Positions 48,968-60,600 of a DNA stretch of 64,000 nucleotides are shown in pieces; within the stretch, counting starts at the first letter, position 1; each line of letters begins with the position of its first letter. Below the pieces are notes generated by a model that was given only the letters and a program-made list of their open reading frames with translations, was not told where the DNA came from and searched no databases. This DNA comes from Minisyncoccota bacterium (lineage in GTDB: Bacteria > Patescibacteriota > Minisyncoccia > Phycocordibacterales > DAORIS01). Made by a program: the position numbers and the translations under genes. The DNA lies in NCBI GenBank assembly GCA_035438625.1, contig DAORIS010000004.1:7497-71496 (forward strand), given 5' to 3'.

Positions 48968-50093
48968 TTCCCGCACTTAGGAAATCTAACATTGCTCCGC
49001 CACCCGTTGAAACGAATGTGTATTCTTTAAATACTCCAGCAGACTGGATCGCAGCAAGTGTATCTCCTCCACCTACGATCTTCTTTGCACTTTGGGGAGT
49101 ATGTTCAGCAATGAGACGTGCCATGAGTAGCGTTCCTGCGTCGTATCCTTCTTCATAACTACCCAGAGGACCATTCCATACAACGCATACAGCTGACTGT
49201 AACTGCGGTATAAGTGCTTCGATTGCAGACGGCGCTGCATCAACAATTCTCTCGGTGGACTTCAGCTCGTGTGGGGTTCCAATTCGCACCTGGTGTCCTT
49301 CCTTATCTGTTTCAATTACCACCTCTTCTGGAACAGTTACTTTTCCTGACCGTGCTATCTCGACAGTCTGGAATTGCCCTTCTGAAACAAGCGATGTTCC
49401 GATTGAGTCACCTCTCTCTATATAAAAATTATGTGCCAGTGCACCACCAACAAAAATTAGGTCTGTTTCGTGCATAAACCGTTTTATGAGAGGAAGTTTT
49501 GTATCAAATTTCGCTCCCCCAAGTATAAAGATAAAAGGTTTTGGTGCATTGAAGGCAATTGATAACATTGAGATTTCTGTATCAAACTGGAAGCCGGCGT
49601 ACGATTTAGCACCAAACAATTTAGGCAGCGCTGAGACTGTCGCGTGAGTGCGGTGTGAGACAGAGAACGCTTCGTTTACATACACATCCGCAAGGGCCCG
49701 GAGAGATTTTGCAAACTCGATGTCATTTTTCTTTTCACCGTCATACAGACGAATGTTTTCAGAAAGAATAATTGAGCCTGGAGTAACATGCTTAATTGTT
49801 TCGGCACACGTCTCAAGAACGTCTGTACAAAAAGCAACAGTATTATGTGGGAGTAGTTTTTGTAACACAGGAAGCACAGGACGTAATGTTCCTTCTCCAC
49901 TTTCAATGTGAGAAATTAGAAGAACAACTGCACCACGTTCAACCAAAAAACGAATTGTTTCTAGGCTCTGTTGGATTCTAAAATCATCTGTAACTTCCCC
50001 ATTTGCGATTGGTACATTAAAGTCACACCGTACTAATACCTTTGTTCCAGGCTCGATAGTCGCCTCTGAAATTTTCTTATATTTTTTCATCAC
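48939..50093 (-). CDS. pgk: Phosphoglycerate kinase
   Basis: VRCDFNVP, GGAK, WNGPLG, GGGDT, STGGGA. Confidence 0.96.
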   Translation of the reverse strand: MMKKYKKISEATIEPGTKVLVRCDFNVPIANGEVTDDFRIQQSLETIRFLVERGAVVLLISHIESGEGTLRPVLPVLQKLLPHNTVAFCTDVLETCAETIKHVTPGSIILSENIRLYDGEKKNDIEFAKSLRALADVYVNEAFSVSHRTHATVSALPKLFGAKSYAGFQFDTEISMLSIAFNAPKPFIFILGGAKFDTKLPLIKRFMHETDLIFVGGALAHNFYIERGDSIGTSLVSEGQFQTVEIARSGKVTVPEEVVIETDKEGHQVRIGTPHELKSTERIVDAAPSAIEALIPQLQSAVCVVWNGPLGSYEEGYDAGTLLMARLIAEHTPQSAKKIVGGGDTLAAIQSAGVFKEYTFVSTGGGAMLDFLSAGTIPGLEALS

Positions 50094-50098
50094 TACGT

Positions 50099-50905
50099 TT
50101 ATTTCCTTTTAGAACGAATTGGCAATAGTACATCGTAAATCTGCATAAAACTCTGTACAGTCAGACTTTGTTTTCCCACAAGCAACCCTTGTACTTCACC
50201 GTTTTCAATAAAACTTCGTGCATTCTCGGGATTCACTGATCCGCCATAAAGAATTGGTATCTGTGAAAGGTGCTGGTAGCCATTTTCAAATGCTAATTGT
50301 TTTCGAATATATAACACTGTTTCGTGTAAATCAGTCGGGTCCATTGAAACACCAGTCCCGATTGCCCACACTGGCTCATACGCAATTACCAACTGTGACT
50401 CAAAGCCTTTTGGAAAATTTCTAAATGTGGTGAGCAATTGCTGACGTATAAAATGCAAATGAGTCCCTTCATCATCTCGGACTTTTTCTCCAATACAGAC
50501 AACAACCGTCAAACCTTCGTTAATCGCGGCATGCAGCTTTATATTTGCAATCTCATCCGTGTCCCCTGCCTGCCTCATTTCAGAGTGACCGATGAGCGTA
50601 GCGGTAATTCCCGCCTCACGTAACATGCGCGCAGAAACACGGCCAGTATACGCTCCGCTTTTCTCTTGAAACGCATCTTGCGCCAAAACTACAAGCTTCG
50701 ATTTTTTTGCCTGTGGAGAGTTTAAAAATTCACGTAGGTACAGTGTTGGGACCGCAACACCAATAGTCCCATATTTTGGTGAAGCAGCTGCCTTTGCTAC
50801 AGCTCTAAATAAGAGCTTAGCCTCATCGAGCGTGTCGGGATTCATCTTCCAATTTCCAATCAACATTGGAGCTTGAAATTTTCGTGGTTTTGTTCGGAGT
50901 GCCAT
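50099..50905 (-). CDS. tpiA: Triosephosphate isomerase
   Basis: GNWKMN, IGHSE, AYEPVWAIGTG, LYGGSV. Confidence 0.97.
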   Translation of the reverse strand: MALRTKPRKFQAPMLIGNWKMNPDTLDEAKLLFRAVAKAAASPKYGTIGVAVPTLYLREFLNSPQAKKSKLVVLAQDAFQEKSGAYTGRVSARMLREAGITATLIGHSEMRQAGDTDEIANIKLHAAINEGLTVVVCIGEKVRDDEGTHLHFIRQQLLTTFRNFPKGFESQLVIAYEPVWAIGTGVSMDPTDLHETVLYIRKQLAFENGYQHLSQIPILYGGSVNPENARSFIENGEVQGLLVGKQSLTVQSFMQIYDVLLPIRSKRK

Positions 50906-50927
50906 GTGGGGAGTATATCATTCTCCA

Positions 50928-52406
50928 CTAATCAATTTCTTCCCAAGAAATGATCTCATATTGGTCTGACGTAAGCGGGAATGATGGTGGTGGGGCATAC
51001 AACATATTTGAGTCATAGCTAATTGTTCTTGTTTGGTATCCAGTACCATCGGTATACGCAAAACCATATCGGTCGCTTGATCCGAGCATTCCATAGAGAG
51101 AGATTGAGTTTCTAACGTAATTTGATCCACACGCACTGTCATAGTACGGCCTACCAACTCTTCCATTCTGAGAAATTAATGCCCCATCAATTTTTAGACT
51201 GTTAAGACTACCTAAGCCAACATTAATATCTCCCTGAGCAATGAGCGCCAATACATCTGACCCGTCATAATTTGTATACGAAACATTTTCATTAATCGTA
51301 ATGACCGGAAGGGTTCCAGGTACCGGGAATTTTGCTGCAACAACCGTAATTCGAGCAGTATCAATTTGGCCGGCTGCCCATACATTATCTTCGACAAAAA
51401 TTACACCGTTCGCTGGATTGGGATAATTTGCAAAAAAAGATTGTGTATTTACTGTCCACGATCCCCATGTAGGATCTGAAGATGGATTACTTTCATTTCT
51501 ACAACTCGAAGAAACACTTGTAACACTATTTACTTTATACACATCAAACGTATCGTTAGTCTTAAAAACAAGCCGATATCCACTTTTACCTGAAGGAGCA
51601 ATATATCTACCCGCAGACTGAGCTAACGATTTTATTGAAGCCAGGTCAGATGTAATACCCGTAAAATCTACTGGAGCTACAGGAAACTGCCTACCAGCTT
51701 TAAATACATCTAGGCGTGATGGAATAGTACTTGGGGGAGCTTCTGCTGCGCGAAATGAACTTGTAACACCAGAGCCTGGTGGCGGGTTCACATGTGTATG
51801 CACACCGAACTCATTGTTTCCCGTATGGTCTGGGTCAGAATAGTTTGATTCAGCACTTGTTACAACATTATATGCCACCCCATCAAATCGAATACCTCCG
51901 TTTGAGTGTATCGGGCCATACACCTCAGTTCCCTCTCCAAAACGGATATCAGAATTTCCTACGATGGCATACTTCGCAAGCGAAGGAATTGCCATCTGTG
52001 CTTTTATCTTTCGACTTGACGATGCCGCCACCAATACACCTTCCGAGGTTACCGTAACAATTGTAGATCCGACTGGCGGAGGTGCGATGGTTAGATGAAA
52101 TTTTCCAATTACTTCTCCATCTTTGTCATAATACACATGTGAATACGGGCCGCTCGTTGCTGTACCGTCTTGATAATCTGTTGGAGCATGTGCTAAATGC
52201 CATCGGTAATAATTAATACCTGACTCAGCAATTTGTAGAGCCAACTCTTCATTCCGGGCACTCCGAGCACTCTTAACATTCGTTCCCGCCCATGAAATAA
52301 GTGCAGAAATAATAAGAACACCAATTGATGAAAACACTAACATCGACATCAAAAGTACTCCCGTTTGACTTGATCGAAACTGTATATACTTTTGTGTAAA
52401 TCTCAT
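50928..52406 (-). CDS. PilX-like minor pilin with a large C-terminal domain
   Basis: QTG/VLLMSMLVF class III signal and ALQIAESGI. Confidence 0.8.
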   Translation of the reverse strand: MRFTQKYIQFRSSQTGVLLMSMLVFSSIGVLIISALISWAGTNVKSARSARNEELALQIAESGINYYRWHLAHAPTDYQDGTATSGPYSHVYYDKDGEVIGKFHLTIAPPPVGSTIVTVTSEGVLVAASSSRKIKAQMAIPSLAKYAIVGNSDIRFGEGTEVYGPIHSNGGIRFDGVAYNVVTSAESNYSDPDHTGNNEFGVHTHVNPPPGSGVTSSFRAAEAPPSTIPSRLDVFKAGRQFPVAPVDFTGITSDLASIKSLAQSAGRYIAPSGKSGYRLVFKTNDTFDVYKVNSVTSVSSSCRNESNPSSDPTWGSWTVNTQSFFANYPNPANGVIFVEDNVWAAGQIDTARITVVAAKFPVPGTLPVITINENVSYTNYDGSDVLALIAQGDINVGLGSLNSLKIDGALISQNGRVGRPYYDSACGSNYVRNSISLYGMLGSSDRYGFAYTDGTGYQTRTISYDSNMLYAPPPSFPLTSDQYEIISWEEID

Positions 52407-53041
52407 AAGTTATCTTTTAGGTTCCTAATACTTACCCGACTTTCTATAATTATAGGCCCCGGAGCACGATTTGGGTCTCTTTCAATTGGGATAGTAATCT
52501 GGATCAATCTAATCAAGCGTGGATCTACTGGCTGTGTAAGGGCAACAGCTGTTGAGGTTCCCGTATAACTATCATCGTAGTATTTAAATAAAGGTGTAGA
52601 CGTGGAAAGAATATTTTGAACAACAATTCCAGTAGTTGAACTTGCGCCAACATATCTATTTGGGTTTGTACCAGGGGGTGTAACTGTCTTTTTTAAAGTA
52701 GCCCCATCTTTGAAGTATCGAATTTGTTCCCTGTTTGAATCTCCACTTATATCCGCATAAAATGTAATTGCCGTTGTTGATGCTTCAACAATTGGAAAAG
52801 AACCCGTAATTGAAGGTCCAGCAGAACGAACTTCTGCAACAAAGTCTTGTACTACCTCACCTCCCTCAAACGAAGCAACCAGACTATCGGACAAAGTTCG
52901 ATTGTATGAAAATACATTTCCACCAAACGCACCAACAGCAACACTTATTATTCCCGCAATAGCAACAACAATAATTACTTCAATTAATGTAAATGCCTTC
53001 TGCGTTGTACGTGTGCGATGATTAAACATATTATTGTCCAA
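52403..53041 (-). CDS. Type IV minor pilin (PilW-like)
   Basis: KAFTLIEVIIVVAI prepilin motif. Confidence 0.88.
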   Translation of the reverse strand: MDNNMFNHRTRTTQKAFTLIEVIIVVAIAGIISVAVGAFGGNVFSYNRTLSDSLVASFEGGEVVQDFVAEVRSAGPSITGSFPIVEASTTAITFYADISGDSNREQIRYFKDGATLKKTVTPPGTNPNRYVGASSTTGIVVQNILSTSTPLFKYYDDSYTGTSTAVALTQPVDPRLIRLIQITIPIERDPNRAPGPIIIESRVSIRNLKDNL

Positions 53042-54836
53042 GAGAAACTGCGTGAGTTGAATAAGTACTTGTGGCTGACAGCGAACCAGAATATGTATCG
53101 TAACCTGTTTTTGAAACGGAAATACTATATGTTCCTGAGGTTAATCCATCAAAGTATACTTGGCCCGGCGCAACACAGTTACCACCAAACGTAATGGATA
53201 TATCTGAAACTGTTGGTGTATACGCATTACTTGCTGTTTGTAAAAAGACCTTGTACCGAATATACCGCTTACCATTCATCGAAGCGTGGATAGTTTGACC
53301 TGATGCTGTGTAATACGTTCCACTCGTTCCATCAGTTCCTACATAATTCCATGTTGTAGTTGCTGTGTTTGTATCACTTGCAGCTAGCTGAATACGTACT
53401 GCATCACCACCTGCCTGTGCTGGCTGGTTTGCTGGAAGCCAGGCTAAAGAGTAGAAATCACTTGAGGTTCCAACATCAAATACTGAAGATGTAAGTTCTC
53501 CACTTGCAACATAGGATCCCAGTATATTCTTTAGTGATATTTGTCCGGATGGTGTTGTTGTTTCAATATTTCCATCAGAAGAAAAATATCTACTCTCATC
53601 ACCGATAGTATCTTGCCCAGATCCTCCAACCCAGTTTGTTTGATCTATATATCCCTGTCCTGTTATAGATGTGTATGTCGTTCCACTACGTGTAATCTCA
53701 ACAGTGGCGCCAGAGAGCGGTAAGCTAGACCCAGAGTCTCTTACACTGACCAGTAGTGCATTTGGAACAGCCGGAGCAATCAAAAGAGTGGCATCGTTTT
53801 CAGACCCCGGATTAACCGCAATTGGCAACAATGGAATTGATCCAGCGATATTTCTTCCTGCCGAAGCAAGTGTTATAGCGTAGGTATCCCACTCAAGACT
53901 CGAAAGTGGCAATAGGCCAGAACCATTCGTTGTGGCTGTATTACTATATTTATAGACATTTGGTGTACCGATCAGTTTAGAGCCACTTATATTCATAGAG
54001 ATATTTCCAATTGGAGCACACGAAGATGCCGTCAAAGTGGAGATATCTAAAGAACTTGTCTCATCAATTGCAAAACTTGTTTGAGTGAGTGATCCTTTAA
54101 TAACACTTGCATGTCGCTTTATCGGACTTGGATTTCCTGTCGCACCAGGCCAGTATGTTTGATCAGTTGAATATCCACCTTTCGATACCACAATTCGATA
54201 CCTCTCAGTTGAAGTTGGTATATCTACCAGCTGTAGAATACCTGTAGTATCTGTTGATTCTGAAATATTGATTGCAGGGGTAACCGATCCATTTACCACA
54301 GACACTGTTGCACCCTCTACTGCCTGACCATTTGCATCAAATACACGAACAAATAATGACCCCTTGTTTGAAGTACTCTCTAGACCCTTCGGAGCAAGAA
54401 TAGTACTAAACGAAAGCGTGTCATCTGGGTTACACGCAATACAACGTATGTCGACTTGAACGAGTTTATAATCTGCTGGAGAAATATCGTTTTTAGTTGT
54501 ACTTCCAATCATGCCATCGAACGGATCATCAATATTTCTGATTGTTGTTGTAGCAAAAAAATTAAAGTTTCCTTTAGTGATTGTTTTAAAACGCTGAAGT
54601 GAGCCAGCGGGAGATCCGCCAGAAAGACCAATGTCTGAATATGACATGTTACGAATAATCTCAAACTCTTCGTTTGCAATTGAGGTAGCCACTGTTTTAA
54701 CTTTCGACAATCGCGCAACACGAAAAGTACGCTGATATCCTTCATAAATTGCCGTTGTGACAATAACTAAAATACTTAAGCTTACGAGTAGCTCAATTAA
54801 TGTGAATCCCCGATTCCTACTGGCTATTTGTGCCAT
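53031..54836 (-). CDS. Large type IV pilin-like protein with carboxypeptidase-regulatory-like domains
   Basis: RGFTLIELLVSL, then VFDANGQAVEGATVSV and PLSGATVEI repeats. Confidence 0.85.
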   Translation of the reverse strand: MAQIASRNRGFTLIELLVSLSILVIVTTAIYEGYQRTFRVARLSKVKTVATSIANEEFEIIRNMSYSDIGLSGGSPAGSLQRFKTITKGNFNFFATTTIRNIDDPFDGMIGSTTKNDISPADYKLVQVDIRCIACNPDDTLSFSTILAPKGLESTSNKGSLFVRVFDANGQAVEGATVSVVNGSVTPAINISESTDTTGILQLVDIPTSTERYRIVVSKGGYSTDQTYWPGATGNPSPIKRHASVIKGSLTQTSFAIDETSSLDISTLTASSCAPIGNISMNISGSKLIGTPNVYKYSNTATTNGSGLLPLSSLEWDTYAITLASAGRNIAGSIPLLPIAVNPGSENDATLLIAPAVPNALLVSVRDSGSSLPLSGATVEITRSGTTYTSITGQGYIDQTNWVGGSGQDTIGDESRYFSSDGNIETTTPSGQISLKNILGSYVASGELTSSVFDVGTSSDFYSLAWLPANQPAQAGGDAVRIQLAASDTNTATTTWNYVGTDGTSGTYYTASGQTIHASMNGKRYIRYKVFLQTASNAYTPTVSDISITFGGNCVAPGQVYFDGLTSGTYSISVSKTGYDTYSGSLSATSTYSTHAVSLGQ

Positions 54837-55897
54837 TATTTAATTGCGTCTCCGATTGAGTAAATAGGTCCAAGCATTGATATTGCAAAGAAACCTACCG
54901 CTGCTCCAATTATAATCATAAGGAACGGCTCAATAATTGACGACATATCTTTTGTCTTTTGTTCGACCTCATCTTCGTAATACACAGCAACACCCAGAAG
55001 CATCTTGGCCATCTGTCCAGTCTCCTCTCCTACTGCAAGCATTTCACCGACGAATGGAGGGTATAAATTTTCATGCTTAGCAAATACTGTTGAGAGTGGC
55101 TCTCCACGTTCTACGATTGGCCTTGCTTCACCGATAATATCTTTGTAATACACGTTTTGTAATACATCTTGTGTAATTTCAACCGCTGCTAAAATATCAA
55201 CACCTGCAGTCAGCAGAGATGACATTGTTCGTGCTGTTCGTGCGGCATTTGTTTCCTTTACCAACACATTGATAATTGGAATATGAAGTATTAGCCAGTG
55301 GACAGATCGCTTACCAACTCGAGTTTTTGTAAAACTCCACAAGCTAAAAGCAATAACAGCTATTCCCAATAGCGTTACGATTACATTATTCTTTAAAAAG
55401 TCACTTACAAAGATTACAAGTTTTGTTGTTGTTGGAAGTTCAACATTCATTTCCTTGAACGTGTCTGTAATTGCAGGGACGACGTTTGTAAGCATGAAAA
55501 AGGCAATACCGCACATAGCAAGGAGAATGACACCTGGGTACATCATGGCACCTCTGATTTTTCTCGTCAGTTCACTAGCTCGCTCAAGTTGTAATCCAAC
55601 TGTTTGGAGTGAGGCGGACAGAGAACCGCTTTCCTCTCCCGCCTTTACCATAGAAATAAATAGTGGGGAGAAAATGTTTGGAAATTTTGAAATAGTCTCG
55701 TTAAAAGTTTTGCCCGCTGCCAAATCTTGGTTAATTACAGAAAGCGCCTCTTTTAATTTCTTATTCCTTGTTTGACGTTCAATAACTGCAAGTGCACGTG
55801 AAAGCGAAAGACCCGCCTCGAGCATGGCGCTAAGATTTTTTGCAAGGAGAACCTTATCGTGTGCCTTAACTCTTCCAAATAGTGTAGGTATCTTCAT
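54836..55897 (-). CDS. pilC: Type IV pilus platform protein (PilC/GspF)
   Basis: LSAMLEAGL, AGEESGSL, AMMYP, VGEETG, IIEP. Confidence 0.93.
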   Translation of the reverse strand: MKIPTLFGRVKAHDKVLLAKNLSAMLEAGLSLSRALAVIERQTRNKKLKEALSVINQDLAAGKTFNETISKFPNIFSPLFISMVKAGEESGSLSASLQTVGLQLERASELTRKIRGAMMYPGVILLAMCGIAFFMLTNVVPAITDTFKEMNVELPTTTKLVIFVSDFLKNNVIVTLLGIAVIAFSLWSFTKTRVGKRSVHWLILHIPIINVLVKETNAARTARTMSSLLTAGVDILAAVEITQDVLQNVYYKDIIGEARPIVERGEPLSTVFAKHENLYPPFVGEMLAVGEETGQMAKMLLGVAVYYEDEVEQKTKDMSSIIEPFLMIIIGAAVGFFAISMLGPIYSIGDAIK

Positions 55898-55923
55898 TCT
55901 CTTTATATTATATACTGACCGTG

Positions 55924-57678
55924 CTATTCAGTTACTACACGTAACACCTCTTCAATAGTTGTAACCCCTTGAACCGCTTTAAATATTCCATCTTCAAGCA
56001 TGGTCAACATTCCTTCCTTCTTAGCCTGTTCTTCAATTTGTTTTGGTGTGGCGCTTTTCATAATCAACTCCCTAATTGTTGCTGTTAACTTAAGAACCTC
56101 ATAAATTCCCACTCGTCCTTTATATCCGTCATCATCTTGAGTTTGTGTAACTGGTCTAAAGAATGGAATAGTCTCAATTGTAGAATCCTTAGGCACGATA
56201 CCTTCATTTTTTAGTGCTGCTATCACCTTATCTAGATCAACAACTTCCTTTAGGCGAGAAATTTCTCCCTCAGACAAATTAAACTTCTCCTTATGCTCTC
56301 CAAGCTTTCGAACGAGACGCTGACCGATAATTACATCGAGTGTTGAGACAAGGAGGAATGGTTCTGCCTTCATGTCGATAAGGCGAGGTACGGCTCCTGC
56401 TGCAGAGTTAGTGTGGAGTGTTGAGAGCACCAAGTGACCAGTCAAGGCAGCGTTAATAGCAAGGTTTGCTGTCTCATTGTCTCGAATTTCTCCCACCATG
56501 ATGATGTCTGGGTCTTGTCGAACAAGTGTGCGCAAACCAATCGAGAAGGTAAAACCAATTTCAGGCTTAACCTGCGTTTGGTTAATACGTTTCATTTGGT
56601 ATTCAATAGGATCTTCAACAGTTGAGATGTTTACATCGGGAGTATTGAGGATATCCAGTAATGTATAGAGTGTAGTTGACTTACCCGATCCAGTTGGACC
56701 AGTAGTAAGAATCATTCCTGTAGCGAGTGTTGTAGCCTTATGGAGCGCCTCAAGAGCCTGCCCGTGAAAACCAAGTGCTTCAAGAGTAAACCCAGACACG
56801 CTTTCCCGAAGGAGACGCATAACTGTCTTTTCACCATAATATGTTGGTAGCATTGAAACACGGAACGAGACTTTTTCTCCTCCTGAATCAACTTTAAATC
56901 GACCATCTTGTGGGAGTCGCTTTTCATCCAACTTCAAGTTCGACAACACCTTTAGTCGAGCAGTGATACTTGTCGCAACATATCCCGGCAACACCATGGC
57001 ATCATGCAACAATCCATCGATACGGTACCGAACAATCAACTCGTTTTCCTGCGGCTCAATGTGAATGTCTGACGCACCTTGGATGATTGCATGCTTAAGC
57101 AGTGTATCTACAATACGAACAACAGGCAGATCTTCTGCCATTTTTTTAAGCTCATCAGCAGAACCCTCCTCCCCATCATTTGCATCAGCAATAGTTTTAA
57201 TTGAACCCGCATCCTTTTGAATCAAGTCTCCGAATTCAGCTTTAAGACTCTTCTGGTATTGCACAAGCAATGCCTTAATAGATGCAGAGTCGGTGAGTCG
57301 TGGCAAGATTCGCAAACCCACCTTTTTCTTTACGAAGTCAATTGCTGACAGATCATGAATGTCGAGCATCGCCACCTCCAATGAATCCCCTTTCCTTGCA
57401 AACGCAACAATGTTGTTGTTTCTTGCAACTGGCTCAGGAATCAAAGATAAAACATCAAAATCAATTTTTTGATTTTTAAGATCTACGTATGGAACACCTA
57501 AGATAAGCGCGTGTATTCGACGCAAATCATCATCAGATAATTTCCCAGCAGCAACTAATTCGTTTCCAATATCACTATTTTTTTCTTTTGCAGCTTTCGT
57601 TACAACAGCAAAATCTTCCTCGGATACAAGTCCTGAATCTAGAATAAATTCCTTGAGTTGCTTATCTGTTATTTGCAT
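55924..57678 (-). CDS. pilB: Type IV pilus assembly ATPase (PilB/GspE)
   Basis: ASDIHIEP, RLPQDGR, TGPTGSGKSTT, EDPIEY, RQDPDIIMVGEIRD, TGHLVLSTLHTN. Confidence 0.96.
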   Translation of the reverse strand: MQITDKQLKEFILDSGLVSEEDFAVVTKAAKEKNSDIGNELVAAGKLSDDDLRRIHALILGVPYVDLKNQKIDFDVLSLIPEPVARNNNIVAFARKGDSLEVAMLDIHDLSAIDFVKKKVGLRILPRLTDSASIKALLVQYQKSLKAEFGDLIQKDAGSIKTIADANDGEEGSADELKKMAEDLPVVRIVDTLLKHAIIQGASDIHIEPQENELIVRYRIDGLLHDAMVLPGYVATSITARLKVLSNLKLDEKRLPQDGRFKVDSGGEKVSFRVSMLPTYYGEKTVMRLLRESVSGFTLEALGFHGQALEALHKATTLATGMILTTGPTGSGKSTTLYTLLDILNTPDVNISTVEDPIEYQMKRINQTQVKPEIGFTFSIGLRTLVRQDPDIIMVGEIRDNETANLAINAALTGHLVLSTLHTNSAAGAVPRLIDMKAEPFLLVSTLDVIIGQRLVRKLGEHKEKFNLSEGEISRLKEVVDLDKVIAALKNEGIVPKDSTIETIPFFRPVTQTQDDDGYKGRVGIYEVLKLTATIRELIMKSATPKQIEEQAKKEGMLTMLEDGIFKAVQGVTTIEEVLRVVTE

Positions 57679-57686
57679 TGAGATAA

Positions 57687-60600
57687 TTATATCTCAATAT
57701 AGGAAGGTTCCGTGATATAGACTGTGGCTGAGACACACGATGCCACCTGACTTCCTGCACTGTATACACGCGCAGTCTTCGAAATTGACTGTCCAGTTGT
57801 ATAAGATCCGTTAATTGTTCTGCATGCTGATGTTCCAGGGGCTGTGCCGCATGTCGCATCTCCATCCCATGTATATGTGTAATTTCCGTCAACGTTAGGT
57901 TGCACTGTCCAGGTCACATTTTGACCCGCTTCTGGACTTGTCGGAGACACTCTAACGGAACAAATATTTGCAGAAGTTGATGGGATATACCTAAAGACAG
58001 TTCGAGTAATTTGATTTACTCCTACTGTAGCTGTGTGCGCACAGAATCCTGCAGAACATGTCGCTGTTGTATATGTAGTTGGTTCACACCCATTTAGATC
58101 ATCCTCATCGTGTAAACAAGAACCTGCTTCTTCTGTATATCCAGCTACATCAGTTGCATACACTACTTGAGAACCGACACCAACTCTACTAAACGTTGCG
58201 GGATTAGAAGAAACAGCTGCGCCAGTTGCAAGTTTTGCTTGTGTTCCAGAAGGCGCATTTGCTGCTGATCCATTTACACCACCACGTCGCACCATAATTT
58301 CACCACTTCCGCTTGAGACACTTTCAGTTCCAAACACAATCGTTCTTTGAACTGTGTCAGGTGCATATGTAACTTCTCCATCCGCTTCCATATTTCTTAA
58401 TACATCATTGTTTGGATCAGCATCAAATAGTTGTCCGGAGTATGGGAACAGTCCTGCTGCACTTGTAAGTGGAACGGTAAATTGATCGGTATATCCCTTA
58501 ACACCTAGGGCCGCAGTAACTGCTGCCTGACTGTAGGTATATCTTCTATATGGCTGATTATTTAACGTCTGACATCGTGCATCATCGTTGCCTGGTAATA
58601 TAAACCTTTCATTTGGCACATGAGCAGATGTTAAGAAGTTGAAAGTTGAGACAAGTGAGCCATCAATATTGTAGCCAGTACCTATTTTCATGGTTGATGT
58701 GCCCTCTGGGAGCGCGTTATTGTTCGCAACCGGTGAATTTCCGTTGAATATCATATTGCAAACACGAAGTACAGCAGTTTGCTCAGCAGTTACCTCGAGT
58801 TCAAATGTAGTAATTTTATTCAATGGTTGACCAACTATCTCTATTTGATACGTGCCCACTGGTGTTGATGCTAAAGTTGAAATAAGAAGACCGATTTCAC
58901 ATCTCGGACTACATGATGTTGCAGTTCCAACTACGGTTGCTCCTGAAGGTAGCCCTGAAATCGCTATTGATACTGCTGACGCTGTACCTGACACTGAGGT
59001 TAATTTAACCTTGTTAGATGTTTCATATCCTCGTGTCACCTTAACAGCGGGGTACGAAACAGACATTGAATAATCAAACGTTGCTGCCCTAAACTGCACC
59101 CGTGTTGTCATTCCTGCCATTACGTTAACTGGTGCAGTACACTCATACCTCACATCACTATTGTTTATTTGGGTACAACTTGCACTAGTGTTATACGAAA
59201 CTACCGGACACTCTGTAGGTGAACCTGGGGTAAATTCACAAGTTCCAACAACAGCTGTTGGTGAAGAACTCATAAAATACAGCACATTTTGCCCAGCTGT
59301 AGTTGAAGCAAAGAAGGCCGGGTTATCAGTTACACCGTATTGGTTTGCACTACTATTTAAACTTACTTTCTGTGCTGTAACACCTGTTGTTGTTCCATTC
59401 GCATCAACTTGATACACCTTAACATTTCCGTTATTGATTATGTACTTTAAATCAACGCGTGTTGTGTATCCATTTCTAAACTCAACTGTTTGTGAGCACT
59501 TATCTGGGTCTGCAACAGTAGTTGTGTAATACCCAGAAAATCCGTTACCTTGTTTATACATTACTGGATTTCCACATGCCATATCTACAAACGTAGTTGG
59601 TGTACATTCAGGACTACCTGTAACATGTAGACAGTACCCCGCTGTCACCTTATATGACTTTATGTAGAAGTCATTACCTTCAATAATCGATCTCGCAAGA
59701 ATTGTTCGATACCCTGGTGACATTCCAGAAAATGTTCTTGTGCTGTCTGTGAATGAAGGTCTGTCAAAGTAGTCACTGCCAGTTATTATAGGTTTGAGTT
59801 CATATCCTGTATTTCCATCTGAAGAAAGATTACCATTAACATATTTATTCACTTTTAATGTAGCTGTTGGTGAATTCGTGGTATTTGAGCCACTTGTATA
59901 TTTGTATACAACTTTAGTCACAGTCCCTGGTGTTACAGATGCTTTTACGAAACAACCTCTATCGTATGGCTGGTCAGGTTCTGATCCGTCAAATTCACTG
60001 ACATAAGAACAAACAGGAGTTTCATTAAAAGTTGTAACGCTACACTCTGACCCGCCTCGAGGATATGTACAAGTACCAACCATTTCGTTATACCCCGCAA
60101 CATCAGTTGCGAACACGGAATAATCACCTTCCTTTAGATCAGTAAATACAGTTGGATTACGATCAACATTAACTAAGTGAAAAACATCCAATCCAACCGT
60201 TGATACCTTTACTCCATCTGTAACCCATGCAGTATTGAAAGAAGTGGTTGCTGGAGCTGTTGCAACAGTATCGCTACTTCCCACTCGCTTAATCAAAATT
60301 TCTCCATTTGTACCTGATACTTGTGTTGAAGACGGAACATACTTGAAAACAACTTTCGTGATTCTTCCTTGGGTTACAGTAATCGGTAAGCTACAGAACC
60401 TATCTTGGGACACTTGTGTAAGTCCACATGTTGGAACTAGTGGAAACGATGTAACTGAACATTCCGATTGACCAATAGCATACGTACAAGTACCCGCCAT
60501 CTCAGATGAGATCGGATTATCCTTTGCACCAACAACGTGTGAACCAACTGATTGAGTTGCGAGAGTCGTAGGATTTGTTGTTATGTCTTGTGTATCAACG

